Counted from the stretch's first letter, positions 36,201 through 49,039 are shown. The stretch is 64,000 bases of DNA from Lama glama (GCA_028534125.1 CM052816.1:58096001-58160000), one strand, 5' to 3'. The notes: generated by a model from the sequence alone, not told the origin. A program made the numbers and translations.

Positions 36201-38619
36201 AGAATAGTAGGGGAGTAGAAACAAGACATGTCTCCAAGCAGGTTCAGCCCCGACTGGCCAATCACTTATAGAGAAAGGAAAGTGCCTCCAAAAAAGGGAT
36301 GGGGCAGAAAGGATGGATCTGATTCTGTCTGGGGAAAAAAGAAACAAAAACACTCAAAACTGAACCCAAACTAGCCACACCAAAGGAATAGACACAGTAT
36401 GCATGCAATATGTACGTTGTGGGAAACCAGACAATGGCCCAAAGTGACAGGGGGCCAGAGCTTTCACACAGAGAACAAGGATTAGCCTGACGGGGCAGAA
36501 CGCACTGCAATTTTGACAGTGCCTGTCAACATCGATTTACTCAAAGTGTCCCCTCCACTTGAAAGAGCGGCTGCAGCTTCCCAAATAATCTGACAACTGA
36601 GAAGACAGTGGCCGGGCAGTCACAGAGCAGGAGTGACTGGGTTCATCTTGGGGCCAGGGCAAGCCTTCCAGCTCTGGGGTCAGGGGGTAGTTTTTAGCAG
36701 AGCTCTACCACTTCCTTTCCATTATAATTCAGTGTCCTCATCTGTAAAATGGAGAGCTCTAAGAACTGTTTCAGGCAAGGAGGAAATAAAATAATCGCTG
36801 TTCTGAATTCAGTAAGTCATAAGTAGCCACATATATTAGCCACCATGGTTGCCAACAGTAAGAGGGGTTACTCCTACTTGGTGTCTGGGAAGACAGTGCT
36901 TCCCTGGGTGTCAGTGGGATGCAGAGCTGCAGTTTTTGGACAAGACAGAAACAAGCCTTCCCTCCTCTGAGGCTCCTAACCTGGCCAAGCCCCTTCTCAT
37001 GGGGCCACGCTCATTAAGCAAGGAATGGTGATCGTTCAGTCCTGGGTCTTGCCTGCCAGTTCCCCAAAGACCCACCCACGCACATGCAGACAAGCTTCAA
37101 GGCTGCTGTAGATAGAACTAAGGGAAGGAAGACGGGGGTGGGGAAGCATCCAGGAGAAAAAGGATTCTTCCTAGTATCAGGGAAAGGGAAGAGGCTGGGA
37201 TTTAGCAAGGAAAATCCACTGTCTGCCTAACAGCTTCTGGTCTCCACCCCATTCCTGGGAACAGACGTATCACCTCCAGAGCATTGCCAAGACCTGCCCA
37301 AGCAGATTACATGTGCTGTATGCACATGTACATGCGACTCTCCTGCCTCCTGGCTGTCCAAACCCCCTGAAGGGAAGGAAGATGGTGTTTGGCTTCTCAA
37401 GGCCTTACCAGGCATACCTAAGGGTTAGGACTGAAAACTTTTGGCCCCTCCTCTTATATCTTCTGATAATCCAAAGACCCCATTGGAATCAATCAACCCA
37501 GCTGCAGCTGACTCAAATGTCAAGAAGCTGGATGCCCAGAGATGATGGTAGGGTTACAAAAAGAAGATAAATAAGTGCTATGGATGACCCCGATTGGAGT
37601 TTTTAATCATCTCTCTCAGTTTCCTAGTTCCTTCATTAATCCAAAGGATGTCAATCAAGGTAAGCATGTTGACATAGAGATTTCTAGAGCAGAAACCTCT
37701 TTATCAGGAGACAGCAGTCAAAGTGAAATCGAGTTTAACCCTCCTGTTTCCTTCCCCACCAAAATTCTCATCATAGCTGTTCACAAATATTTACCCCCTC
37801 CTCATATTTGTGCAGCTTGGTGCCATGAGAAGTTTTCAGGTCCCTTCCCATATACATGCAACTGGGCCAGGAGATGTGTAGGTATGACATAGTCATTGGC
37901 TAACTTTTATCAACACAATACAGTACCTGGGCATATCTGGACCACTTGGAATTCCAAGGCACCAGGAGTTGATACAAGTAGAAGAAGCAGTAAGATGCAT
38001 CTGGAAGGTGAAATCTCCCTCCTATTGTTTTTACCATTATATCAAGATTTTCAGAAATGGTAGAGGGTTGATTGTACATTCAGAATCAACATGTTTCTTG
38101 GAAACATCTCTTCTATCTCACACATCTTAAAGTCAAAGGTACACTCTGCACCCTGAAAGAAGGTATTCCCCAAAGCAGCATCTTTGTGATAGGGAATTTA
38201 AGACACTCTGATTATTTTAAACGAGTAAGATGCTTCAAGATCTTCCCAGGGAGGTGCATTATCAGGAAATATTCTGGATCTAGAGCACTCTGCAGAACCC
38301 CCCAGAATCCCCCATGTCACGTGCCCACAAACTGAGAGCAATAAGATGTAAATAATTTAAAATTCTTTGATATTATCCTGCCTACTCATCACGTACATCT
38401 TTAATAATTAATTCAACTCAGTCTTTAAAGAAATTCTCTTCACGTAACTTAAATCACTCTCTCTGTTTCACCTGTTAACAACAGAAGATTATTTCCTGTT
38501 TGGGACTTGTCCCTCCCAAGTGAGGTGCATTTATTTGCACAGGAGACATCTTTCTGCTGCTTCAGTTTCCATGGATGTGTTCTGCACATGCTCAGTGAGC
38601 ATGATGGTTCTGATCAGAA

Positions 38620-38760
38620 TTCTCATTAAGGTATGCACTATTGTCAGGAACTGTTTTAGTGTTTTATGTGTATTGGCGTTATTTCCACAGCAATCCTATT
38701 ACTTCTCATTATTTCTCTATTTTACAGATGAAGAAAATGGTTAAATAACTTGACTAGAAT
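38620..38760 (-). mobile_element. MIR fragment
   Basis: ctctattttacagatgaagaaaatggttaaataacttg. Confidence 0.65.
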
Positions 38761-39429
38761 GCTTCCATCACAACTGCCTTCCCTCAACGGATAAATCATT
38801 ACCTGACACATTCACCATGAGAGCAAGGCTGTATATAAATGCATATCACAGTGTTAACTGGGCTTAATTTCGTGTAGAAAAACTTGTCTTGTTTCAAAAG
38901 AAGCTGGTCCCTTTAAATATCTGATTACGGAGTCTTGCTAAATCATTCACACACAGAAAGCCTTGGGGGAATGGGGAAAGAGAAGTGACAGGGTAATTGA
39001 AAATAGCTGAGGAACAATGGCATCAAATGCTTCCAAATAAAAGACAGAGGGACACCAGCTGCAGGAGAAGATTTAGAGATGTAGGGAAGGGAACTGGAGC
39101 ATGTTTGTATTTTGTAGAATGCAGTTTGCTCCAGAAATGGAAATTATTCCAGGAAGGTCAGAGAGAAGATGCTGCTGTAGATGGAAAGGACAGTTGAGCA
39201 GAAACCCCAAGACTCAAAAAACAAATCAGCTAAATTTATGACACTGTAATTCTATGTAATTTATTGACAGCAAACTGGGATTTACGTAATGATTATGCCC
39301 TGAGGCTTTGCCTCTTAAAAATGGCTGAGAAGGTCAAAGCAGAGGTGTTATAAATTAAGAAACTATAGAGTATGTCTTTTTTACTATATACTTTTATTTT
39401 CTTGTTTCACCTGCATATGCTACTTATTT

Positions 39430-42400
39430 GTGGGTTTTTTTACATTTGGGTATAAAATACAAAAAAAAAGGTGAAATATATAAAGCACACAAATCTTACG
39501 TGCATAGCACACACACATACATATATATGTAACCAACATCTAGGTCAAAATACAAAATATTTTCGCCACCCCAGAAAGTTCCCAGGCAATATCCACCAAC
39601 CTCTGCCAGAAGTAAAAACTGTTCTTACTTCTAATACCACAAGTTAGTTTTGCCTGTCCTTGATAAATTACAGAAATGAAATTAGACAGTATACACTCTT
39701 CGGGCTCTGGCTTTTTCACTCAACATAATGTCATTTAGGTGCATCCACATTATTGTACATATCAGTGGATTGTTTTTATATTGTAGTTTCATGTTCCATT
39801 GTATGACGATACTCCTAATTCATTTATCTTTTCTCCTGTTCATGGACATTTGTGTTGTTTCAAGCTTGGGGCTATTATTAATAAAGCTGCTGTGAAAATG
39901 TTTATATCTTTCTTTGTTGCTGTTGGACAAATGCACTTATTTCTTTTCCATGTATACCTAAGAGTGGAATGTCTGGGTGATAGGGCAGATACATCTTTAG
40001 CTGTAGTTGATACTTTTGTTGGACGGTATAATACACCCTTCAAATTCTCCTTCAAGTCATTCCTCTTAGCTGCTGGGACTGGTGCCAGCCGTCCACCCTC
40101 TTTGGGAATTACTTCAGCTAAAGAAGACTTCTCCTTCAGCTCATACCTGGCCACATGGCGGATCGCCTATGACCAGATGACAAAGGAGGAAAAAAGGAGT
40201 TCAGTTCAGAGATGGATTGGTGTGGATGTGAGTATAAGCCAAAAACAAATGACAGTTCACACTCATGGGTGAACTTGAAGACAGTGGTGAAGGAAAATCC
40301 TCTCAATGAACAGAGCTTGGCAGTGAATCTGGTCATCTACTTTATGTGATGAGAGAAGTGGTCGGGGTTAGAACACACATAGACCCAAGGGCAGTGGCAA
40401 ATGGCATAGCCAGCTGACTGAAGGTTTGGGAGGAACCAGATAGGAAGGTAAGGGACAAAGAAGAGGTAGTGGGTAAAGGGAAGTGGATGGACATACAGGA
40501 ATGAGCTTGAAATGTGAAGACTTTAGAATTTCATGTTAATACCCACCCTGGGAGAACTTTAAAAATCCAGATAGATACCGTTAAAAATCCAGTTGACATC
40601 AGCTAGCCCCCCAACATTGGCCATGCCGGTGCCAGTACAATGGACGTGTAAACAGAGGAATCATGGCAGGGATGGAGACTGTATGGTACCAACAGCATGC
40701 CTCCCACTTACAAAGGCTGATCTTGTCCATGCTGCTGTACAATGTCCAACCTGCTCGCCACAGAGACCAGGAGGAAGTCCCTGATATGGCACCATCCCCC
40801 ATGCAGGTCAACCAGTTACTTGGTGGCGGGTTGGTTACATCAGGCCCCTGCTATCCTGGAAGGGGAACTACTTCACTTTGCAATAATAGATACATATTCA
40901 GATATGGGTTTGTCTTTCCTGTCCAGAGTCTAAGCCAGCACTACTACCTGATGTTTACAGAGTGAGCCACTACTTTGAAGCAAAGCATCTGTGTGAGTAG
41001 GATCCACTAGTTATATCAAATGCCACACAACCCAGAAGCAGCTAGCCTGACAGAATGATGGAATGACATGCTAAAGGAACAGCGAAAGTGCACATTTGGA
41101 AGTGATACCTTGCAAGGATGAGGTGCCATTCTTCAGGACACGATGTACACTGTAAATCAGTGACTTTTATATGGTTCTGTGTCCCCAGGAGATTGAATAT
41201 ATTGGTCCAGGAACCAAGGGCTTGAAGAAGGAAAGTCCTCACATAACACAACTCTCAATAACACACTAAGAGACTTCGTGCTTCCCATCCCAGCAACTCT
41301 GGGCTTTGCAGGCTTAGAGGCTCTGATTCTGATTCCTAGAAGGGGCACCCTTTCACTAGGGGACACAGCAAGAATACCTTTGAACTATGGCTGCTGCCTG
41401 GGCATTGCCTGCTCCTTCTTCCAAGAGACCCAACTGGCAAGAAAATGAATCACTATTCTGGCAGATAACTGACCCAGGCCATCAGGAGGAGGGCAGACAT
41501 GCAGGTGACCCATTTGGATGGGTCCCCAGTTTCAATGGTAAAAGAACAAATGTGGTAATCCTCACCTGAGAAAGGGAATGGCAGAAACTCAGCCCTCTCA
41601 GGAACGACGGTCTGGATCCTACCATCAGATAAGCTACTGAGGCCAGGAGAGGAGGTCATTGAGAGTAAAGGAAATCCAGGCTGGGTTGTAGGATATGAGG
41701 AAGATGAGTATCAGTCCCAGCTGAAATAGCAGAGACTATAGTTTGTCCAAAAAGAAGTCTATCAGAATTCTGGAGGAGCTACTCCCAAAACTTTATCAAG
41801 TGAATCCAGGTAGTTCAAGGGGTGGACTGTGGTGGAGTTATGATGTGCCACTCAAATCCCCCCTTCACAAATGAAGGACTATTTCCCTAGCTGTTGGGTG
41901 TATGGCTGGAGGACAGCCATCAAAAGTCATCCCTCTTTAGGAATTGCCTTGGCTGAGGAAAGGTGCACCTCCTTCCTCCCAAGGTCCCCCAAGGTCCCAC
42001 CTCCTTCCCAGGCCAGCCCACATCCAATGACTGATCAGTCATCAATGACTGACCAGGTGTATAAAACCAAGCTCCCTTGTCCCAACTCAGAATAACTCTG
42101 TATGGCCATCCCAGCTTTAGAGCTTCTTGTGAGGTCTTTCCCAAGGCTGCCTTGTAGCCCAGCTTTCTCCTCTGCCCAAACCTTTCTTCTCTTCCTTTTC
42201 TTTTCCTTTCCCAGGTGTACTCCCTAATAAACGCCCTAGATGCTAATCTTCATGATAGAGTTTGCTTCCCAGGGAGCTCAATCTCCAGAGTTTTCCAAAG
42301 CGGTGTATCCCATTTATATTCCCATCTGCAATATATGAAATTTCTAATTGCTCCATATGCTCCTTGAACTTGGTATTGTCAGTCTTCTAAATTTTAGCCA

Positions 42401-42650
42401 TTCTGATGGGTATGCATTGGTATCTTATTGTGGTTTTAATTTCTGTTTTCCTCATACATAATGATGTTGAACACATTTTCAAATAGTCATTGGACATTTG
42501 GATATCCTCTTTTGTCCATTTTTTTAATTGAGTTGTCTTTTTCTTATTGATTTGTAGGAATTCTTTACATATTTGGGTATGAGTCCTTTGTCTGAAAAGC
42601 ATATTGCAAAAAAAATTCCCCAGCTTATGACTTAAATTTCACTTTTTTAA
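39430..42650 (-). mobile_element. Old L1M 3' region split by an ERVL provirus (L1 halves ~39430-40016 and ~42289-42650)
   Basis: Antisense L1 reads ...ctgggtgatagggcagatacatctttagctgtagttgatact and resumes gttttccaaagcggtgtatcccatttatattccc, adjacent positions in the L1 consensus. Confidence 0.85.
40017..42288 (+). mobile_element. Internally deleted ERVL (LTR16A-like) provirus: partial 5' LTR, RNase H-IN-dUTPase fossil, PPT, full 3' LTR (41828-~42288)
   Basis: 40017-40140 is homologous to the start of the 3' LTR. WRIAYDQMTKEEK vs HERV-L WGVPYDQLTEEEK. FVLPIPATLGFAGLEALI...GDTARIPLNY is dUTPase-like. PPT aaggggtggac at 41817-41827. The LTR carries TATAAAA (42060) and AATAAA (42226). Confidence 0.88.
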
Positions 42651-42679
42651 TCACAGTATGCTAATTATCTTAAAAAATA

Positions 42680-43110
42680 CTTTTTATTTTGAAATAATTA
42701 TATATTCACAGGACATTGCAGAGAGAGGTCATTCAGTTTCCCCCAATTTTACATCTGATATAACTATAGCACAATATCAAAATGAGGAAACTGACATTAG
42801 TACAATATATGTATGGTTCTATTGCCATTTTATCACATGTATAGGCTTGTTTAACTACTACTACAATCAAGATACAGAACGATTCCATCACTACAAAGAT
42901 CTCCTTCTTGCTACCCCTTTATAGTCACATCCATCCCCTTCCCAATCTGCCAACCCCCCACTATCTGTAACCTCTGGCAATCACTAATTTGCTCTCCATC
43001 TCTGTAATTTAATCACTTTAAGAATGTTATATAAATGGTATTGCACAGAATACAACTTGTTGAAACTGGCATTTTTGTTTGTTCAATATTATGCAATTGA
43101 GGTCCATCTA
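42680..43110 (-). mobile_element. L1MC-like 3' end
   Basis: ttttgaaataattatatattcacagg...caatcaagatacagaacgattccatcactacaaagatc...ctggcaatcactaatttgctctccatctct. Confidence 0.8.
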
Positions 43111-44079
43111 AGCCTTTTTCCAATTAGAAAATTATATTACCCAGGCTACTTTGCATTATTTGAGTTATCTATTTATATTTGAAAAGTGAATTAACCAGCT
43201 TTTGTTATTAAAAATAGATTCTCAAATATAAACTGGAGTGATAATTCCTTGGGTTTTTTATGTCCAGCCCTAGTTGCCAGACACAATTTTCATGGAGGGG
43301 ACCCATCCACCAGCCATATCAGTGGATCAGGGAGAGGGCTCCACATATCCATACGCATGCCCCAAAGTCATGATTAAGGTCCCCATTATTGCCTATGGTC
43401 CACAGGGCCCCCAACTTCATATTAGGTGTGTAGGATTAAAGACATACAATGGAACCACTTGAAACTTCTTTTTATTGTTCAGGGATGGTGAGAAAAACAA
43501 ATGACTCATTTTGCTTTTAAGAATGATGAAATAGTTTTTTAAATGGGGGCATATTAATAATCTCATTTTTTCTTATCATAGCTTTGAGAAGAAATTAGAA
43601 TATCCTCTCTGAATGCAAAGGTGTTGGTGATGCTCATTTTACCTCAGGAGACAATATTTCTCTGAAGCCTGGCATCCCCCTCTGCCCTCCACCCCGCTGC
43701 AGCTTCCTCCCACAGGCCACCATGTCCTCACACCTTCCCTGAGGTGTCTGCCATGAGCACTGAATTCTAAGCTTGGCTCGGTGATTGTGTATGCTCATCA
43801 ATAGCCTGCAAATCACCTCTGCCCTTCATTTTGAAGAGGACACACTTGGTGGTGTTTTATTTCAACTGATTCTCTTCACATTTCAACTGTATATTACAGC
43901 ATCACAGAGGTCATCAAAATAATGCAAGAAGCGTCTGCTGCCTTTCCTCTTTCAGTCAGAGCCACAGAGGTGAGGAAGGAGGAAGAACTGAGCGGTTTTC
44001 CAGGATGGATGGTGTTTGTAAGGAACAGAATATTTCTAGGTTGGCTTAGGTGAGTGTGAGGCTTGGCTGGGAGATTGCA

Positions 44080-44465
44080 CATGGAGCAATAATGGAGAGA
44101 GCATCACAGGAACATCTCAGGAAGTGCCTGGGGGCCAAGCGTCATGGACAATGGAGCTGGAGGCCGTTCTGGACCCAAGGCAGTGTGGGCTCCCCTGCAG
44201 GAGGGCTTCAGGGATCTTCACTCTGCAGCTGTCTGGTCATGCCTTAGGGAGACTGTGCCTCTCTCCTGCTTCCACTCTGTTTTTCTCTGCGTTTCTACTT
44301 TAACAGCCTTGTAAGCTTCTGTACTTCCTAGGTCAAATTTTCGATGGACTTAATTGGCTGAGCTAATCTTTTTTTTCAGGCCAATCAGCTGTTCTTGGGT
44401 CAGGTGTCTGCTGTTGGGCCAATCATATGTAGCTGGGAGAGACTCAGTTACACACATATGATGTA
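44080..44465 (-). mobile_element. Decayed ERVL/MaLR-type LTR
   Basis: ccaatcagctgttcttgggtcaggtgtctgctgttgggccaatc motif. Subfamily uncertain. Confidence 0.45.
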
Positions 44466-44802
44466 GAATGTGACTGCTTAAGTCTGTCCATCTACCAGTG
44501 GCTGTGATGCATTTTGTTCTACATGGGTCTATAGGTGTGGCAGTCATCACGGTTGTCCAGTCTAACGTTAAAGAAAAAAAGTTGGGGTTGTGGGGAGAGG
44601 TAGATATGCAGTTGGTTTTCTCTTTCAAAGAGTAATTTCATTTCAAAGTCTAGCCCCTGGGTCGGGGGGGATGGCTGTTAACTGGAGCTGCAGTGGACTG
44701 ATCGGTCCTAACTCACAGATAGATATCACCTCTCAACTTGTTACTCTAAGACAGCAACTAAAATTTCCAACCACATTTGTGAGTTTTCAGTCTGTGTTTC
44801 AT

Positions 44803-45240
44803 ATGTGGATTCATCAGCTACTTCTATAACAATGCTGCATAGCAACTCCAACAACCTCAGAAACTTAGATAACAAATACTTATTTCTCAGTCATGGATCT
44901 GAGCTGTGGCTCAGCTGAACTCAAGTGGAGTCAGCTAGGCCTGCCCTCGGCTGCAGGCTGGAGTTAGGTCTGCTCCCTGTGTCTCTCATTCCGGGACAGG
45001 TTGAAGAAGCTTCTGGGGACCTGTTCCTCTCATGGTGGATGGAAGAATTGTGAAAGACCAAAGCAAACTCTGCAAGTACAATTAAGAGTCTCTGCTCACA
45101 TTGTATCTGCCAATATTTTGGTGGCCAAAGCAGGTGACTTAGCCAAGCCCAACATGGGCAGAGAACTCTTCCCATGGGTCAGGAAAAGATGTAGGGGAGG
45201 GTGGATATTTACTGAAAAATAATATAATCTATTGGACCAT
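44803..45240 (-). mobile_element. MLT1 (MLT1H-like) MaLR LTR
   Basis: ataacaatgctgcatagcaac..., ggtctgctccctgtgtctctcattc, ggccaaagcaggtgacttagccaagcccaacat. Confidence 0.8.
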
Positions 45241-45529
45241 GTATTTCTCCTTACTGCCCTGAATCACAGTACAGTTGCCAAACAAGACAGTTGATGGCAC
45301 ATTTCCTGACACTGTAGCCTCCTCAAGTGAAGAAGCCATAACTCAACTTCTTTTGTGCCTAATTTCAAAGTATCTAATGCTATGTGTCACTATCAGAAGG
45401 TAAAATTCCCTTTAGTTGATCAAAATTATCAGAATTCTGAACTAGGATCAGTACCAACCTACATGTGACTATGGCCAAGTCAACTCATATTTTCTCTGCT
45501 TGAAGGGCTCTGTATGTAGAAGATGAAAT

Positions 45530-46030
45530 GGCAAAGTGTAGTAGTTAAGAGCCTGCGTTCTAAAGTCAAAATGCCTGGATTCTAATCCTAATTCACAGCT
45601 TCCTAGCTCTGCGAATTTGGGCAAGTTGCTTAGCCTCTCAGTTTCCTCATTTATAGAGTAAAGATGAAAATAGTGACTGCCTTATAAGGTTGTTCTGGGG
45701 ATTACGTGGTATGATCATGGAAAGCTCATCAAGGAGGGCCTGACCCATGGTAATTATTTCCTTGTCATAAGCAAGCTTCAAAAAATTAAAAAGCAATGTC
45801 TGCTTTTTAAGAGAGGCAGGATAATAAAGTGGCATGAGCTAGGATATGGAGTTGAAAAACTGTGTTGAGTCCCAGCTCCTCTACTCATATCACCTATGAC
45901 CTTGATATGTCCCAGTTTCCTCACCTGTGAAATAATGGCTCCCTCCTTCACTGGTGTGAGGATCAGGTGACATGTGTGAAGGCACTTTTGCAAAGCAAAA
46001 ACCAACAGAAAAATGTGAGCTGCTTTTATC
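45530..46030 (+). mobile_element. Two tandem MIR SINEs (~45530-45770 and ~45820-46030)
   Basis: gtagttaagagc...ttgggcaagttgcttagcctctcagtttcctcatttat, and cagtttcctcacctgtgaaa...gtgaggatcaggtgacatgtgtgaaggcac. Confidence 0.75.
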
Positions 46031-46314
46031 AAATCATTCCAATTTTTTGCACTGCTTTTCTGATTACAGCTAATGGACAGTAAAGAGGTTCTCTGCTGGA
46101 CATGACTAATTCCATCTTTAGAGACATAAGCCTTTCTCTAAAGCTCTCAGTTGGATAAATCATCACCCTCCCTGATCCAGCAGACACCCAATAAGCTGAT
46201 CTTTACAGATGCCCATAGACAGAAGTGAGTTCCTCTTTCCCGAGGGAATACTGGGACTTTTCATAATTCCACTACATTGATGATGACTGCCTTGAGATTT
46301 TTGCCGAGTGTTTG

Positions 46315-47385
46315 CTTTGAGCTACTGTTTGCCCTCTACCTCCTGTCTCCCCCTTCTCTCCTCCCATCCCCTCATGAAGCCTCTGCACTTCCAATATTCC
46401 ACTGCAGCTGTTCTTGTCAAGGTCACTGTTGACTTCAGTACTGCCAAAGCCAATGGTCATTGCTCAGCAACTCTGACTCAACCTATCAGCAGTTTTGATT
46501 TGATGGTTGATTACTGCCTCCCTCTTGAAAGACGTTCTTCAACTGACCTCTGGGACTCCAGCCTCTTGGTTCCCCTCCTCCTGCCCTGGCTGCTCCCTCT
46601 TGAGTTCCTCTGATGTTGCCCCCAGATCTCCTTTAATCTCAGTGTACACTCACTCCCTTGGTGATCTCATTCAGCCTAGTGGCCTCAAATGCCAGCTCCA
46701 TGTTGACAACTACAAAATTTAATTCTGTAGCCCAGACATCACCTTGAACTCCAGAGTCATAAATCTAACTGCCCCCTTGCCACCTCCACTTGGATGCCTA
46801 AGTGACATCTCAATCAAATGTGATGTGTCCAAAGCTAAGCTCCTGTAGTTCTGATTTAATCTTTTCTTTAGTCTGCCCCTTCTCAGTAAACAGCAACTCC
46901 TTCTTGTTGCTCAGGACAAAAACATCGGAACCATCCTCACTCCTCTCTTATCCTCTACGTGCAATTTATCAGTATTTCTTTAGGCTCTGCCTTTGAGTTA
47001 TATCCATAATCTAACTCTTTTTTGTTTACCTCCTCTACCACTGGCATCCTCATCTGAGCCAGCATCACCTCCTGACTATTTCTACCCTTGTGCTACTCGC
47101 CTCCCCTCTCCCAAGAAGACAGATCCTTTTAGAAGATTAGTCATAGCATGCCCCTTCCTTGATGAATACCTTTCAGTGGCTTCCTATCTCACTCAGAATA
47201 ACACCCCAAATCCTTGCTCTGACTTGCAAGAACCTGTAAGTTCCGGCCCCCATTTATCTCTCTGACCACCTCTTCTGACATTCTCCTTCCTGCTGTTGGC
47301 TTACTCTGCTCCAGCCACACCAGCCTCCTTGCTCTGCCTTGAACACACCAACCTGCTCTCACCACAAGGCCTTTCACTTTCTATC
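46315..47385 (+). mobile_element. L2 LINE, RT-encoding region
   Basis: STAAVLVKVTVDFSTAKANGH vs L2 STETALVKVTNDLHVAKSNGQ. YTHSLGDLIQPSGLKCQLHVDNYKI vs YTHSLGDLIQSHGFKYHLYADDSQI. Confidence 0.9.
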
Positions 47386-47526
47386 AATTATCGTCTCAGG
47401 TTTCAAAATGTTGTAGGTATAAACTCATCAGATAAAGGGATATGTTACCAGTGGGAGTTTATATAGAGGTAGGATTTTGAAACTATTTTCTTCTTTATAC
47501 TTTTAAAAATTGTTCTAGTTATTTTC

Positions 47527-47643
47527 TTTTTTTTAATTGAAGTATAGTCAGTTACAATGTATCAACTTCTGATGTACAGCATAATGTTTCATACATATAT
47601 TCCTTTTCATATTTTTTATTATAGGATACTACAAGATATTGAA
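47527..47643 (-). mobile_element. Very short 5'-truncated L1 3' end with 16-bp TSD
   Basis: ttttttaattgaagtatagtcagttacaatg...tacaagatattgaa, flanked by TGTTCTAGTTATTTTC (47511-47526) and TGTTTTAGTTATTTTC (47644-47659). Confidence 0.85.
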
Positions 47644-49039
47644 TGTTTTAGTTATTTTCAGTGAATACTGTGTATTTATTTTATACTCAGAAAATAAATA
47701 TGATTTAAATTAAATCCAAAATTATGAAGGACAGTGCTATGTGTTTAAAGGTTGTTGCTTAAATACATCATAGGATGACTGCCTCATGCAGCCCAGGGGG
47801 TGGATCCACAGATGGGCACACACAAAGCCCATGGGTCTCCTCTGGGTCTCACCCTCCTTGTCCTCTTTGCCTCTTCCACATTTCCCCCAGTTAATGAGCT
47901 TCACTCCAGGATGATGGTAACTGATCTCTAGGTGACGATTCTGCCTCACCAGATTAAACTGCAATGAAATGCTTTTTAATTTGCAATCTAGGATGATAAA
48001 TAAATTGTTATTTTCCCCTTGTGAGTGGCATTATCTGTCATTCTAAAAATTAATCTTACTTAAGAGATGCTTAAAATATGGAGCAGGTTCTTGAGACCCA
48101 GCAGTTAATGAGTAATTTAATCAGTATGAGTTATGAATCTGGGTTCTTTCAATGCTATTTTCCTTTAGAGCCATGAGTGACACAGTTGTTACCAAGATTT
48201 ACATTCCAATTTTACAGAGTTCTCTCTATAAAGTGGAGAAAACACTCCTGGCCTACTTGAATTTAACATAATTAACAAGAATTTCTTTTGGTATAGTGAT
48301 TGATCAAGGTCAGGTCAGGACAGCATGGCTGAGGGGTCTCCCTAATGTTTGGTTGGTGGATGTCAAGAGTATACAAAAAGATGACTCTTACTTCCTTTGG
48401 AAGAAAAATGACTTGATGCACCAGGCAACACAGATAGCTAGAAGTGTTGGGTGCATCTTCACTTTTAAACTTCACATGTTCCCTGAAAGATAACTGGACA
48501 AGGAATCGTGGCATGAGGTGAGAGATGGAGTAGATAGGTCTATTTATCATGGATTTTATTATGTGTTCAAATCTTTTCTGTATCTCTTTAAGGCCCTTCA
48601 GAAGTATTAAATTGAAATCTGCTTTTGAATATCAATGGGCCTTATACTACTCTGCAGTTTGTTCTGTTTTTTGGAGAGATCTGCAGAGAAGAGATTTTAT
48701 AGCCTTGGTTCAGCTCCAAGCCCTGTCCTGTGTTTGGACCTGTGGCTGCCACTGTACTTCTCCACCCAAGGTCTGGGAGCCTCTGATGTAAAAGAAAGCA
48801 GTGCTCTTGCTGGAGTTAGCATAACTCAGCTGTCTTGTGCTGAGATGTGGTACTAGCCCTGCGGTTTAAAAAAACTCCATCAGACCTCACCAAAATTTAT
48901 TGATTCTGCTCCAGATAAACACCAATTTTGGATTGTTTGTCTCCCTTTCTGCAAGGAGTTTGACCTGTCACCCACTGTAGGTAGCTTAGAACCTCTACTT
49001 TTCCTCCTCATAAGTGGTCTGTGCTCCCACCTCCCCTAC

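Noticed and set aside
39799..40272. 157-aa ORF
   Set aside because: A chance read-through of antisense L1, LTR and an ERVL pol fragment. Only WRIAYDQMTKEEK is real (fossil) coding sequence.
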